NCBI GenBank assembly: GCA_030146365.1
Contig: JASLBU010000234.1
Location: 1 to 61,744, forward strand
Direction: 5' to 3'
DNA length: 61,744 bases
Source of the DNA: Candidatus Limnocylindria bacterium
Lineage (GTDB): Bacteria; Chloroflexota; Limnocylindria; QHBO01
Part shown: positions 40,797 through 49,336 of the stretch, piece after piece
How positions within the stretch are numbered: position 1 is the stretch's first letter
Layout: each line of letters starts with the position of its first letter
Position numbers and translations under genes: made by a program
The notes under the pieces: model-generated
Databases searched by the model: none
What the model was told of the DNA's origin: nothing
The model's input: the letters and a program-made list of their open reading frames with translations, nothing else

Positions 40797-43148
40797 ATGC
40801 GCGCGGCACCGCCTACTCGAGGACCCGTGAAACCAACTGACGATCTCGGACCTGCCGGGCGTGGTGGCCACCTGGTGCTGCGCACAGCGCTCGTGGTCGC
40901 CGTCATCGTCGGCCAACTCCTGTTTCCGGGTAGGTCCGCCTCGGCGCCAGTCGAGCGGGAGATCACGCCGCAGTCGGGCTCGGCCGCCGTCGTTGGGCCG
41001 TTCTCCTTCGAGATCGGCCCGTACGAGTTGTCGCGCCTGCCGATCGAGGTCCAGCGCGACTACGGGACAACGGTCGTCAGCTGCCCGCTCACGGACGCGC
41101 TGGGTGTTGCCATGTACCGAGCGGCCGACGGGAACATCCACAACCACCCCGTCGCACAGGCACGTTGCGCGGCGTACATGCTCCGCAATTACTGGCTCAC
41201 CGATGATCCGGTCTACCTGCAGCGCGCGATCGCGAACGGAGAACGGCTCCTCGCGACCAGCGAGCTGCACGGCAGCGCCATGTTCTTCCCCTACTCCTTC
41301 AACTACAACACCGGCCGAAGCTCCTTCACCGCCCCGTGGTATTCGGCGATGGCGCAGGGCCTCGCACTGTCGGCATTCGTCCGGCTGTTCGAGTGGACCC
41401 ATGACGCCAGATGGCGGCAGGCGGCCGATCGGGTCTTCGCGTCGTTCAAGGTTTCACGGCTGGGCAGCCGCCCGTGGGTCGTGGGCGTCGAGAACAACCG
41501 GCTGTGGCTGGACGAATATCCGACGGTGCCCTTGGATCGGACGTTCAACGGCCACAACTTCTCGCTGTTCGGCCTGTACGACTACTGGCGCATCACGGAC
41601 AACGCAGAGGCCAGGTTGCTGACGCTGGGAGCCATGCACAGCGCCTACGTCGGCGGGGCGGGACCCGCACGTATTCCCGGCGGGATCAGCCAGTACTGCT
41701 TCAGCCAGGTATGCCTGGACCGAAAGATCCGAAACCCTGCGTATCACCCCACTCACGTCAACCAGTTCGTGTCGATGTTCCGAATCACCGGCCATTGGCA
41801 CTTCGGATCGCTCGCCGAAGCGTACATCGGCGACAACCCCCGGCCGTACGCGGGCTCGGTGCAGCTGAGCCCGGGCCGGCACGACGGCTACACGTTCGAC
41901 TCCGCGGGCAGGGGGACCCTCGCCAAGTCGGTCACCCTCGCCGAAACGGTTGTGGCCCCGTATTCGCGCCGTGACGTGCCGGGAGGCAGGTATCAGCCCG
42001 GCAACGGGATCTGGATGCACGTCACCCATGGGGCCCTTGCGGGACACTGGGTTCGGGAGTCCGCGCGTGCATTTCCGCTGGGCTTCACGGACGACCTCTA
42101 TTTCTATCGCCATCGATCGGTTCGGACCGAGGCTGGAACCTACATCGGTTCAGCATTCGACGCATCGGGCAGGGTGACCCGGACGGCTTCAGCATCCGCG
42201 TCGGCAGGCACATGGACGTATGCGCACTACAGCCGCATCAACGGAAAACCGTCCGTCCTGCTTACCAGCGGCCCGCTCAGCGGATTGTGGATGGCCCTCG
42301 ACACCAGGACGCTTCGGGATTCGACCGCGATGACGGACATCGATGCGTCGATCTTTCGCTCGGACATCATCTGGCTCACCACCAAGGGGATCACCCGCGG
42401 GTGTGACACCTACGCCTACTGCCCTTCGGCCTCGGTGACGCGCGAGCAGATGGCCAGTTTCCTGGTTCGGGCGCTGAAGCTTCCGGCCACGACCCGCAAC
42501 TTCTTCACCGATGACGATGGCAGCGCGCACCACTCTGACATCAATCGCCTGGCGGCCGCAGGGATCACGGCCGGATGTGGACCGGGGCGGTTCTGCCCCC
42601 GGGCGCCAGTGACTCGCGAGCAGATGGCAAGCTTCCTGGTCAGAGGCTTCACGCTGCCGGCCGCCGGGCGGGACTATTTCGTGGATGACCTCGGCAGCCC
42701 CCACGAAGGAGACATCAATCGGCTGGCGGCGGCCGCCATCACCGGAGGCTGCGACGTGAGCCGTTTCTGTCCGCGCGACCATATCTCGCGTGGCCAGATG
42801 GCCGCGTTCCTCCACCGGGGCCTGGCGCACGTGGCGACAACTGCCGGCGGTACGGCCGAGCCCTCGAGTCGCACCGCCGAGAGCTCGCCACCCGAGCCTT
42901 CGGCAACGCCATCGGCAACGCCCAGCCCGTCAGCCGACCCGACGACGACGCCCACGCCATCACCCACCGCAACGCCCGTATCGACACCGACGCCCGCCGC
43001 CACACCGACGCCCGTGGCGACGCCCACGCCCGTGGCGACGCCGACGCCGACGCCGTCGCCGTCATCCGCGCCGTCCTCGCCATCAGTACCGGCCCCGACA
43101 CCGTCACCCACGATCACTCCCGCTCCGAGTCCTCCAGGCGGCGGGTGA
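40797..43148 (+). CDS. Secreted D-glucuronyl C5-epimerase-domain protein with two internal ~65-aa repeats, a 3x SLH-like module and a PT-rich tail
   Basis: A hydrophobic signal/anchor is followed by IHNHPVAQARCAAYMLRNYWLT.D, APWYSAMAQGLALSAFVRLFEWT.D and WLDEYPT.....FNGHNFSLFGLYDYWRIT, which match the C5-epimerase C-terminal domain pattern. The start is uncertain: the ATG at 40797 lies inside a TAGGAT hexamer, and the downstream in-frame GTGs at 40827 and 40875 are possible. Confidence 0.8.
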   Translation: MRAAPPTRGPVKPTDDLGPAGRGGHLVLRTALVVAVIVGQLLFPGRSASAPVEREITPQSGSAAVVGPFSFEIGPYELSRLPIEVQRDYGTTVVSCPLTDALGVAMYRAADGNIHNHPVAQARCAAYMLRNYWLTDDPVYLQRAIANGERLLATSELHGSAMFFPYSFNYNTGRSSFTAPWYSAMAQGLALSAFVRLFEWTHDARWRQAADRVFASFKVSRLGSRPWVVGVENNRLWLDEYPTVPLDRTFNGHNFSLFGLYDYWRITDNAEARLLTLGAMHSAYVGGAGPARIPGGISQYCFSQVCLDRKIRNPAYHPTHVNQFVSMFRITGHWHFGSLAEAYIGDNPRPYAGSVQLSPGRHDGYTFDSAGRGTLAKSVTLAETVVAPYSRRDVPGGRYQPGNGIWMHVTHGALAGHWVRESARAFPLGFTDDLYFYRHRSVRTEAGTYIGSAFDASGRVTRTASASASAGTWTYAHYSRINGKPSVLLTSGPLSGLWMALDTRTLRDSTAMTDIDASIFRSDIIWLTTKGITRGCDTYAYCPSASVTREQMASFLVRALKLPATTRNFFTDDDGSAHHSDINRLAAAGITAGCGPGRFCPRAPVTREQMASFLVRGFTLPAAGRDYFVDDLGSPHEGDINRLAAAAITGGCDVSRFCPRDHISRGQMAAFLHRGLAHVATTAGGTAEPSSRTAESSPPEPSATPSATPSPSADPTTTPTPSPTATPVSTPTPAATPTPVATPTPVATPTPTPSPSSAPSSPSVPAPTPSPTITPAPSPPGGG
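42333..42824 (+). repeat. 3x SLH-like repeat module (Cys-pair variant)
   Basis: The repeats contain [36 protein letters not shown] and GCDVSRFC..ISRGQMAAFL. Confidence 0.8.
42835..43145 (+). repeat. Pro/Thr/Ser/Ala-rich low-complexity tail, including an 18-bp tandem duplication at 43008-43043
   Basis: The translation reads ...PSATPSATPSPSADPTTTPTPSPTATPVSTPTPAATPTPVATPTPVATPTPTPSPSS.... ACGCCCGTGGCGACGCC(C/G) occurs twice in tandem. Confidence 0.8.
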
Positions 43149-43152
43149 GAAG

Positions 43153-44334
43153 TCAGACGGAGCCCGCCATCCGATTGATGATCCGGAGGTAACGTGCCTT
43201 CTGCAGCTGCCATCCGTACGCGGCTGCCTCCCGTTGCGCCGTGAGCCCCAGGAGGGCCGTCCTCTTCGGATCGGCGACGAGTGCCTCGATGGCGGCGACG
43301 AGTGCCTCGGGCTGACGTCCGGGCACGAAGCGAATCGCATCATCAGTGAAGTGGTGACGGAACGTCGCCAGATCCGTGGCCACGATCGGCACGGCCATCG
43401 CGGCATACTCGAGCAGCTTCGTGCTCAAGGAGTACTCCAGGTACGGCTCGTCGATCGATGGGACCAGGCCAATGTCCGCGGCCGCGAGGAGCGCCGGAAG
43501 GTCGTCCATCGGGACCCGCCCGTGGAGCGTGACGCGGCGGTCCGTCCCGGTTCGAGCGATGGCCGCCTCGACCTGCGGTCGCCACGGCCCGTCGCCGTAG
43601 ACGTCGAGACGCCACTCCAGGTCGGCCCGGATGCGGGCGAGTCCTTCGATTGCGACGTCGAGGCCGTAGATGCGCTGGAGGTTCGAGTGGTGGACGAGAC
43701 GTAAGACGCCATCGGCCATGAAGGCACGGCGCTCGTGGCGAGTGGGGTCAAAGAGGCGGGTGTCGGCGCTGTTCATCACCACGTCGATCTTTTCCGGCGC
43801 CACTCCCCGGGCGACCGACAACTGCCGAAGTGGCTCGTGGACGGTGATCAGGTGGTCCGCGACGGCCGCCGCCGCTCGGGAACTGGCCGACACGATCGGC
43901 AGGAGCGGGCGCAGCAGCGGAGTGGAGAATCGGTCGCGGAAGAACTCGGGCATGTCCTCGTGCAGGTCGAGGAGCAGCGGAACCCCGAGGAGCTTCTCGG
44001 GCATCGCGGCGAAGGCGAGGAAGTCCGGCACGGTTGCCACCTGCACGAGGTCGTAGCGGCGCCGGCGGTGCTCGCGTGCAAGCGCCACAGTGGCCATGGC
44101 CGTGAAGGCCAGGTACTCGGCCACATGGCCCGCGAAGCCGATGTAGGTTCGGTCGAGTGGGAGGCGCACCAGCCTCACGCCGCGTTCGACGGCCTCGGCC
44201 GGCTCACCGGGCTGGCGGAGGCAGATGACGTCCACGTCGTAGCCGGCCTCGACGAGCGCGTCGGTCTGGCGTCGCACGCGCGGGTCACCGGGAACGACCG
44301 CGTGCACCACGATCACCACACGGTGGGCCCTCAT
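43153..44334 (-). CDS. Glycosyltransferase family 4 (GT-B)
   Basis: The N-terminus RVVIVVHAVVPGDPRVRRQTDALVEAGYDVDVI is the same subfamily signature as 10029..11210. The C-terminal core is YSLSTKLLEYAAMAVPIVATD. There is an ATGA overlap with mazG. Confidence 0.8.
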   Translation of the reverse strand: MRAHRVVIVVHAVVPGDPRVRRQTDALVEAGYDVDVICLRQPGEPAEAVERGVRLVRLPLDRTYIGFAGHVAEYLAFTAMATVALAREHRRRRYDLVQVATVPDFLAFAAMPEKLLGVPLLLDLHEDMPEFFRDRFSTPLLRPLLPIVSASSRAAAAVADHLITVHEPLRQLSVARGVAPEKIDVVMNSADTRLFDPTRHERRAFMADGVLRLVHHSNLQRIYGLDVAIEGLARIRADLEWRLDVYGDGPWRPQVEAAIARTGTDRRVTLHGRVPMDDLPALLAAADIGLVPSIDEPYLEYSLSTKLLEYAAMAVPIVATDLATFRHHFTDDAIRFVPGRQPEALVAAIEALVADPKRTALLGLTAQREAAAYGWQLQKARYLRIINRMAGSV

Positions 44335-45443
44335 CGGTGCTTCACCTCGTCCCACAGGACATCCTTCTCGGCGAGCGACAGATCGTCGAGAACGATCCCC
44401 CGCTCCGTCGCCAGCCCTTCGACACGGCGGTAGCGGTCCACCCAGCGGTGGTTCGCGGCGCGAAGGGCCTCCTCGGGATCCACTTCCATCCAGCGCGCCA
44501 GGTTGACCAGGGCGAACAGCGTGTCACCGAGCTCGTGCCGCCGCTCGTCCGGCGTCGTCGCCTCCCGCAGCTCCTGGATCTCCTCGGCGACCTTGTCCCA
44601 CACGCCCTCGACCGCATCCCAGTCCCAGCCCAGCGTGGAGGCTCGCTCCTGGATCTCGCGGCTCGCGGGCAGGGCGGGCAGCGCGCGGGCCACGCCACCG
44701 AAGGCACCGTCGGCGGCCTTTCCTCGCTCCGCCCGCTCGTCCGCCTTGATCGCCTCCCAGTTCGCGACCACCTGGCGCTCCCCGTCGACCGTCACGTCGC
44801 CGAAGACGTGGGGATGCCGGCGCACGATCTTGGCGGCGATCGAGCGGTACACGTCCGTCAGGTCGAAGGCGCCCTCCTCCGCGGCGAACTGGGCGTGCAG
44901 GATGACCTGGAGCAGCAGATCGCCGAGCTCCTCCGCGAGGTCCGACGGCGACCCGTGCTCGATGGCGTCGACCGTCTCGTACGCCTCCTCCAGCAGGTAC
45001 GGCCGCAACGTCAGGTGCGTCTGCTTCCGGTCCCATGGACATCCATCCGGCGCCCGCAGCCGGGCGCTGATCGCGGCCATGCCGTGCGGACTCGCCAGGT
45101 TGTCGATCGGGTCGAGGGGCGGCAGCAGCCAGTCCGAGCCTGCCAGGGCGACGTCATCCAGGGCGTCGATGCGCACGGCGGTCCCGGCCGGCAGGGGCCG
45201 GGCCTCGTGCGCATCGGGGTACAGCGCACGGAGGACCTCGTGCACCGATGGGCGGGCGTGGCGACCGGGCAGGACCGCCGCGGGGGCCTGACCGCCGGCG
45301 TCGGCCAGGATGAGCAGCGGCAGCGACGGGTCGAATGGGATGGCTGCCAGCCGAGACGCCGCGACGACCTGCAGCCCCGTGCCGGGATCCAGGCCGGCCG
45401 TCGCAAGGAGGTCATCGAGCCGCCTCGGCGCGGCGGCGCTCAT
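44331..45443 (-). CDS. mazG: MazG-family nucleoside triphosphate pyrophosphohydrolase (YabN-like, with N-terminal methylase-like remnant)
   Basis: CPWDRKQTH.TLRPYLLEEAYE..DAI, LAEELGDLLLQV and IVRRHPHVFGD are present, followed by a second MazG repeat ELGD.LFALVNLARW. Confidence 0.85.
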   Translation of the reverse strand: MSAAAPRRLDDLLATAGLDPGTGLQVVAASRLAAIPFDPSLPLLILADAGGQAPAAVLPGRHARPSVHEVLRALYPDAHEARPLPAGTAVRIDALDDVALAGSDWLLPPLDPIDNLASPHGMAAISARLRAPDGCPWDRKQTHLTLRPYLLEEAYETVDAIEHGSPSDLAEELGDLLLQVILHAQFAAEEGAFDLTDVYRSIAAKIVRRHPHVFGDVTVDGERQVVANWEAIKADERAERGKAADGAFGGVARALPALPASREIQERASTLGWDWDAVEGVWDKVAEEIQELREATTPDERRHELGDTLFALVNLARWMEVDPEEALRAANHRWVDRYRRVEGLATERGIVLDDLSLAEKDVLWDEVKHR

Positions 45444-45447
45444 CGGA

Positions 45448-47178
45448 TCAGCTCGCCTCCGACGTGGAGGAGTACTGAGGGTCGATCCAGGTGTCCACCG
45501 GGGCACGGACCTCCTCGTCGAGCCAGCGCTCGAACCCGGCGTTCCGGATCTCGTCGAGCCGCTCCTCCTCGATCTCGCGGCTCTCGCTGGTCTCGAGCAG
45601 CTTGAAGATCGAGATGCCGCTGCCGTCGTCGATCGGGTCGCTGATCTCGCCGACCTCGGTCAGCGCGAAGACGGCATCCTCCTGCATGCGGGAGAGCTGG
45701 TACGGCGCGACCCAGCCGAGCTCGCCATCCTCCCGTGCAGTCGCCTCGTCCTCGCTGGCCAGGCGAGCCGTCTCACCGAACGAGTCCGGGTCCTCCCGCA
45801 GCTGCTCGACGAGCTCCGCTGCCTGCTGCTCCGGGCTCTCCCGTTCACCGGTCTTCTGGATGACGTGGTAGCCGAAGTCGGTGCGCACCGGGTCGCTGAC
45901 CTCCCCCACCTCCAGCTCCGCCAGCGCCGCCCCGAACGCCTCCACGTACGGAGAGCTGGCCGGGTCGCTCCACCCCAGGTCGCCCCCACGGGCACCGGAG
46001 CCGGTGTCATCGCTGTGCTCCTCCGCGATGGCGAACCAGTCGGCGTCATCGGCGCTCACCTGCTCCTGGACGTCACGCGCCTCCTCCAACGCGGCATCCC
46101 ACTGCTCGTCGGTCGCCTGTGCCTGGTCCTGCAGCTCGGGGTCCGGCTGGACCAGGACGTGCCGAGCCCGCTGCTGCGGAACGGGCTCGCCGGACACGGG
46201 GGCGATGAAGATCTGCGCGACACGCCGCTGTGCGGTCGGTGAGACGACCACGGACTCCTCGAAGTGGTCACGGTAGGCGTCCACCAGCAGCTCCTCGCGG
46301 ACGTACTCCCTGTAGGCCGCGTCATCGAGGCCCTGCTCATCGAGGCGCGACTGCAGGCCACCCTCGGTGGTGCGCTCCCGCCGCTCGACGAGCTCGAGGA
46401 CGGCGAACCCGCGGTCAACCTCCACGGGGCCGACGATCTCGCCCACGTCCGCATCAGCCAGGGCGTCGAAGTATTCGGCGTACGCCGCGTCGTCCTCCTG
46501 GAACCAGCCGAGCGCCCCACCGGTCGATGCGGTGAAGTCGTCGCTCACCTCTGAGGCGACCGCACCGAATACGGCCCCGCCCTCGAGCCGTTCCGCCGCG
46601 TCGGCGGCCTCCGCCTCCGCCGCCTCGAGCTGCTCGTCGGTCGGCTCGGCATCGGCCTCGGCGTCCTCGGGCAGCGGGTCGACGAGCACCAGCTGCGCAT
46701 TGATGCGCTCCGGGAGCGTCAGGCGCTCGGCGACCTCGGCGTCGAGCGCCGCATCGTCCACCGCCACGTCGTAGTCGTCCGCCCGCGCCGCCAGCGTCGC
46801 GCCGTCGAGAAGGGAGCCGGCCGCGACGGACTCGAGGCTGTTGAGCTGCAGTGTGAGCGAGTCGATCTGCTGTTGGAGGACCTGGTCCCTCGGACCACCC
46901 AGCTGAGCGTTGAGCTCGGTGATCTGCGCGATCGTCTCGGCCGCGACGATGCGCTGCCGGACGTCGAGATCGGCGGTGGCGAACGACCTCCCCTCCACGG
47001 CGGCGACGGGACGGAAGTGGCTCTCCCAGTACCCGTTCCAGACCGCGGCGCCGAAGATCCCCAGCGACAGGGCAATGGCCACGGCGAAGCCCAGCACCGT
47101 GAGTTGTTGGGTGCGGAGCTCGTCCTGCCAGCGTGGTCGGTGCTTGCGGTCGAGGACCGGTCGGGAGCGTAGGGTCAT
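45448..47178 (-). CDS. Membrane-anchored peptidyl-prolyl isomerase (parvulin/PpiC domain; PrsA/SurA-like)
   Basis: An N-terminal TM segment is followed by an acidic chaperone-like region. The parvulin core is ARHVLVQ......GGDLGW......FGAALAELEVGEVSDPVRTDFGYHVIQ. Confidence 0.8.
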   Translation of the reverse strand: MTLRSRPVLDRKHRPRWQDELRTQQLTVLGFAVAIALSLGIFGAAVWNGYWESHFRPVAAVEGRSFATADLDVRQRIVAAETIAQITELNAQLGGPRDQVLQQQIDSLTLQLNSLESVAAGSLLDGATLAARADDYDVAVDDAALDAEVAERLTLPERINAQLVLVDPLPEDAEADAEPTDEQLEAAEAEAADAAERLEGGAVFGAVASEVSDDFTASTGGALGWFQEDDAAYAEYFDALADADVGEIVGPVEVDRGFAVLELVERRERTTEGGLQSRLDEQGLDDAAYREYVREELLVDAYRDHFEESVVVSPTAQRRVAQIFIAPVSGEPVPQQRARHVLVQPDPELQDQAQATDEQWDAALEEARDVQEQVSADDADWFAIAEEHSDDTGSGARGGDLGWSDPASSPYVEAFGAALAELEVGEVSDPVRTDFGYHVIQKTGERESPEQQAAELVEQLREDPDSFGETARLASEDEATAREDGELGWVAPYQLSRMQEDAVFALTEVGEISDPIDDGSGISIFKLLETSESREIEEERLDEIRNAGFERWLDEEVRAPVDTWIDPQYSSTSEAS

Positions 47179-47286
47179 CTGGTCACGGTCATGCGGCGGC
47201 TCGGCGGGCGGCCCGTGCGGGCCGTGCGGCACGGCGAGGCGCCATGCTAGCCGATGGTGCCACCCCTCGCACGTCCGACCGCTGGG

Positions 47287-48078
47287 TCACCTTCGCCGCA
47301 GAACGGCGTCGCGGATGGCCGTCAGCCGCAGACGGATGACGAGCAGCATCGCCTCGCGGACGATGCCACCGCTCATCTTGGAGGAACCGGCCACCCGTTC
47401 GCGGAAGGTGATCGGAACCTGGACGATTCGCGCCCCGCGGCGGTGGGCCCACCACGTGGTCTCGATCTGGAAGCCGTACCCTGATCCGGAGGTTTCGCGG
47501 AGGCGAATCGCGTCCAGCAGCTCTCGACGCCACGCCTTGAATCCCCCTGTCATGTCCCGATAGGGCAGCAACAGCACGGTGCGCGCGAACAGCGTGCCAC
47601 CTCTGCTGATCAGCTTGCGGAATGCCGGCCAGCCGACCGTGCTGCCCCCGGGCATGTAGCGGGTGCCCAGCACGAGATCGGCGCCGCGCATCAGCGGCGC
47701 CAGCAGCGCGGGCAGCGCCGACGGCTCGTGAGAGAAGTCGGCGTCCATCTGCACGATCGCCCTGGCCTCCGGCCGGCCGAGCACCCAGCGGAATCCTTCC
47801 CGGTACGCGACCCCGAGTCCCTCCTTGCCGGGGCGGTGGAGGACGGAGACCCGGGGCTCGCGGGCCGCGATCGTGTCGGCCAGCAGTCCCGTCCCGTCGG
47901 GCGATCCATCGTCCACCACGAGGAGTGACGCCTCGGGCAGCGCGGCCAGGATGGCCGCCGCCATCGGCTCGATGTTCTCACGCTCGTTGTATGTCGGAAG
48001 GACCACCCACACCCCCCGGCCGGCGGCGAGGCCGACGGACGGAAGCGCGGCGCCATCCTCAGCGCCCGATGCCGACAT
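47287..48078 (-). CDS. Polyprenol-phosphate mannosyl/glycosyltransferase (GT2, DPM1/Ppm1-like)
   Basis: VWVVLPTYNERENI, LLVVDDGSPDGT, GKEGLGVAY and QMDADFSH fit the family. The start is uncertain: the ATG at 48078 overlaps the upstream gene by 20 nt, and a GTG near 48010 is an alternative. Confidence 0.8.
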   Translation of the reverse strand: MSASGAEDGAALPSVGLAAGRGVWVVLPTYNERENIEPMAAAILAALPEASLLVVDDGSPDGTGLLADTIAAREPRVSVLHRPGKEGLGVAYREGFRWVLGRPEARAIVQMDADFSHEPSALPALLAPLMRGADLVLGTRYMPGGSTVGWPAFRKLISRGGTLFARTVLLLPYRDMTGGFKAWRRELLDAIRLRETSGSGYGFQIETTWWAHRRGARIVQVPITFRERVAGSSKMSGGIVREAMLLVIRLRLTAIRDAVLRRR

Positions 48079-49336
48079 ACCGAGTGCCGTCTCGCTCCCA
48101 CCGCTCCCGATCAGCCACGTTGCGACCGTCGACGAACAGCTCCAGGCCCGGAAGGTCCGACGGGGCAAGGTCCGAGTACCGCTGATGGGCCGCCTGGAGG
48201 ATCGCGACGCGCACGTCCGCGGGCCGTTCGAGGTCGTAGGGCTCGAAGCCCAGGCGTCTCAGATGATCGTCGTCGAAGTAGGGGTCGTGGCCGTAGACCC
48301 GGGCTCCGGCGGCAACGAGTTCGTCACGCAGCCGGAACGCGGAGCTGAACGCGTCCTCCCGCACGTCGCCGCGGTACGCGACCCCGAGCACGACCACCGA
48401 CTGGCCGTCGAGCGAGCCGAGGCGGTCCTCCACGAGGTCGATGGTGAAGGCGCCCATGCCCTCGTTGATCTCGCGAGCGAGCGGCGGGATCCGAAGCTCC
48501 GCGTCGTGGTTGAACAGAAAGTGCGGATAGACAGGGATGCAGTGGCCCCCGACCCCGACGCCCGGCTGGTGGATGTGGCTGTACGGCTGGGAGTTGGCGG
48601 CGCCGATCACCTCGCTGACGTCGATGCCGTTGCGGGCGGCGACCCGCGCGAGCTCGTTCGCGTAGGCGATGTTCACGTCGCGGTACGTGGTCTCGGCCAG
48701 CTTCGTCATCTCCGCCGTCTCGGCGTTGGCCACCTGCCACACCTCGGTGCCTTCATCGAGCACCGAGCGATACAGGGCGACCGCTCGGCGCGTGCTCTCC
48801 TCGCTCGTGCCGCCGACGATCTTCGGGTACCGCTGGAGGTCGAGGAAGACACGGCCGACGAGGACACGCTCCGGGCTGAAGGCGAGGAACAGATCCTCGT
48901 CGAGCGTGAGCCCGCTGCCCTCGGCAAGCATCGGCCCGAAGCGGTTGCGGGTCGTGCCGATCGGCAACGTGGTCTCGTACACGACCAGCGCGCCGCGTCC
49001 GACGTGCCGGGCGACGTCGCGCGTGGCCGCGTCGATGGGCCCGTAGTCGATCTGCCGCTCCGTGTCGACGACGACGGGCACGATGACCACGATCGCCTCG
49101 GCGTCTCGGACGGCATCCGCATCGGCCCACGTCGTTGCGCGAAGGAGCCCGTCGGCATGGAGCCGCGGCACGCGATCGACGAGCGCCTGCTCGTCCCGGT
49201 GCGGCGACTCTCCTCGGTTGATGGCCTCGACGATCTCCGGTGCGATATCGACCCCGATCACTTCGTGTCCGCGGGACGCGTACTGCACCGCCAGCGGCAG
49301 GCCGATGTGCCCGAGGCCGATGACCGCGATCTTCAT
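48059..49336 (-). CDS. wbpA: UDP-N-acetyl-D-hexosamine 6-dehydrogenase (WbpA/WecC-type nucleotide-sugar dehydrogenase)
   Basis: MKIAVIGLGHIGLPLAV is a Rossmann fold. The catalytic Cys is in GVGGHCIPV. The C-terminal UDP-binding domain reads VVVLGVAYRGD. Confidence 0.85.
   Translation of the reverse strand: MKIAVIGLGHIGLPLAVQYASRGHEVIGVDIAPEIVEAINRGESPHRDEQALVDRVPRLHADGLLRATTWADADAVRDAEAIVVIVPVVVDTERQIDYGPIDAATRDVARHVGRGALVVYETTLPIGTTRNRFGPMLAEGSGLTLDEDLFLAFSPERVLVGRVFLDLQRYPKIVGGTSEESTRRAVALYRSVLDEGTEVWQVANAETAEMTKLAETTYRDVNIAYANELARVAARNGIDVSEVIGAANSQPYSHIHQPGVGVGGHCIPVYPHFLFNHDAELRIPPLAREINEGMGAFTIDLVEDRLGSLDGQSVVVLGVAYRGDVREDAFSSAFRLRDELVAAGARVYGHDPYFDDDHLRRLGFEPYDLERPADVRVAILQAAHQRYSDLAPSDLPGLELFVDGRNVADRERWERDGTRYVGIGR

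Noticed and set aside
44331-45443. MazG as part of a toxin-antitoxin or defence module.
   Set aside because: This is the housekeeping NTP pyrophosphohydrolase type (tandem MazG domains, YabN-like N-terminus). No mazE/mazF-like small ORFs are adjacent, and it is simply ATGA-coupled to a glycosyltransferase.
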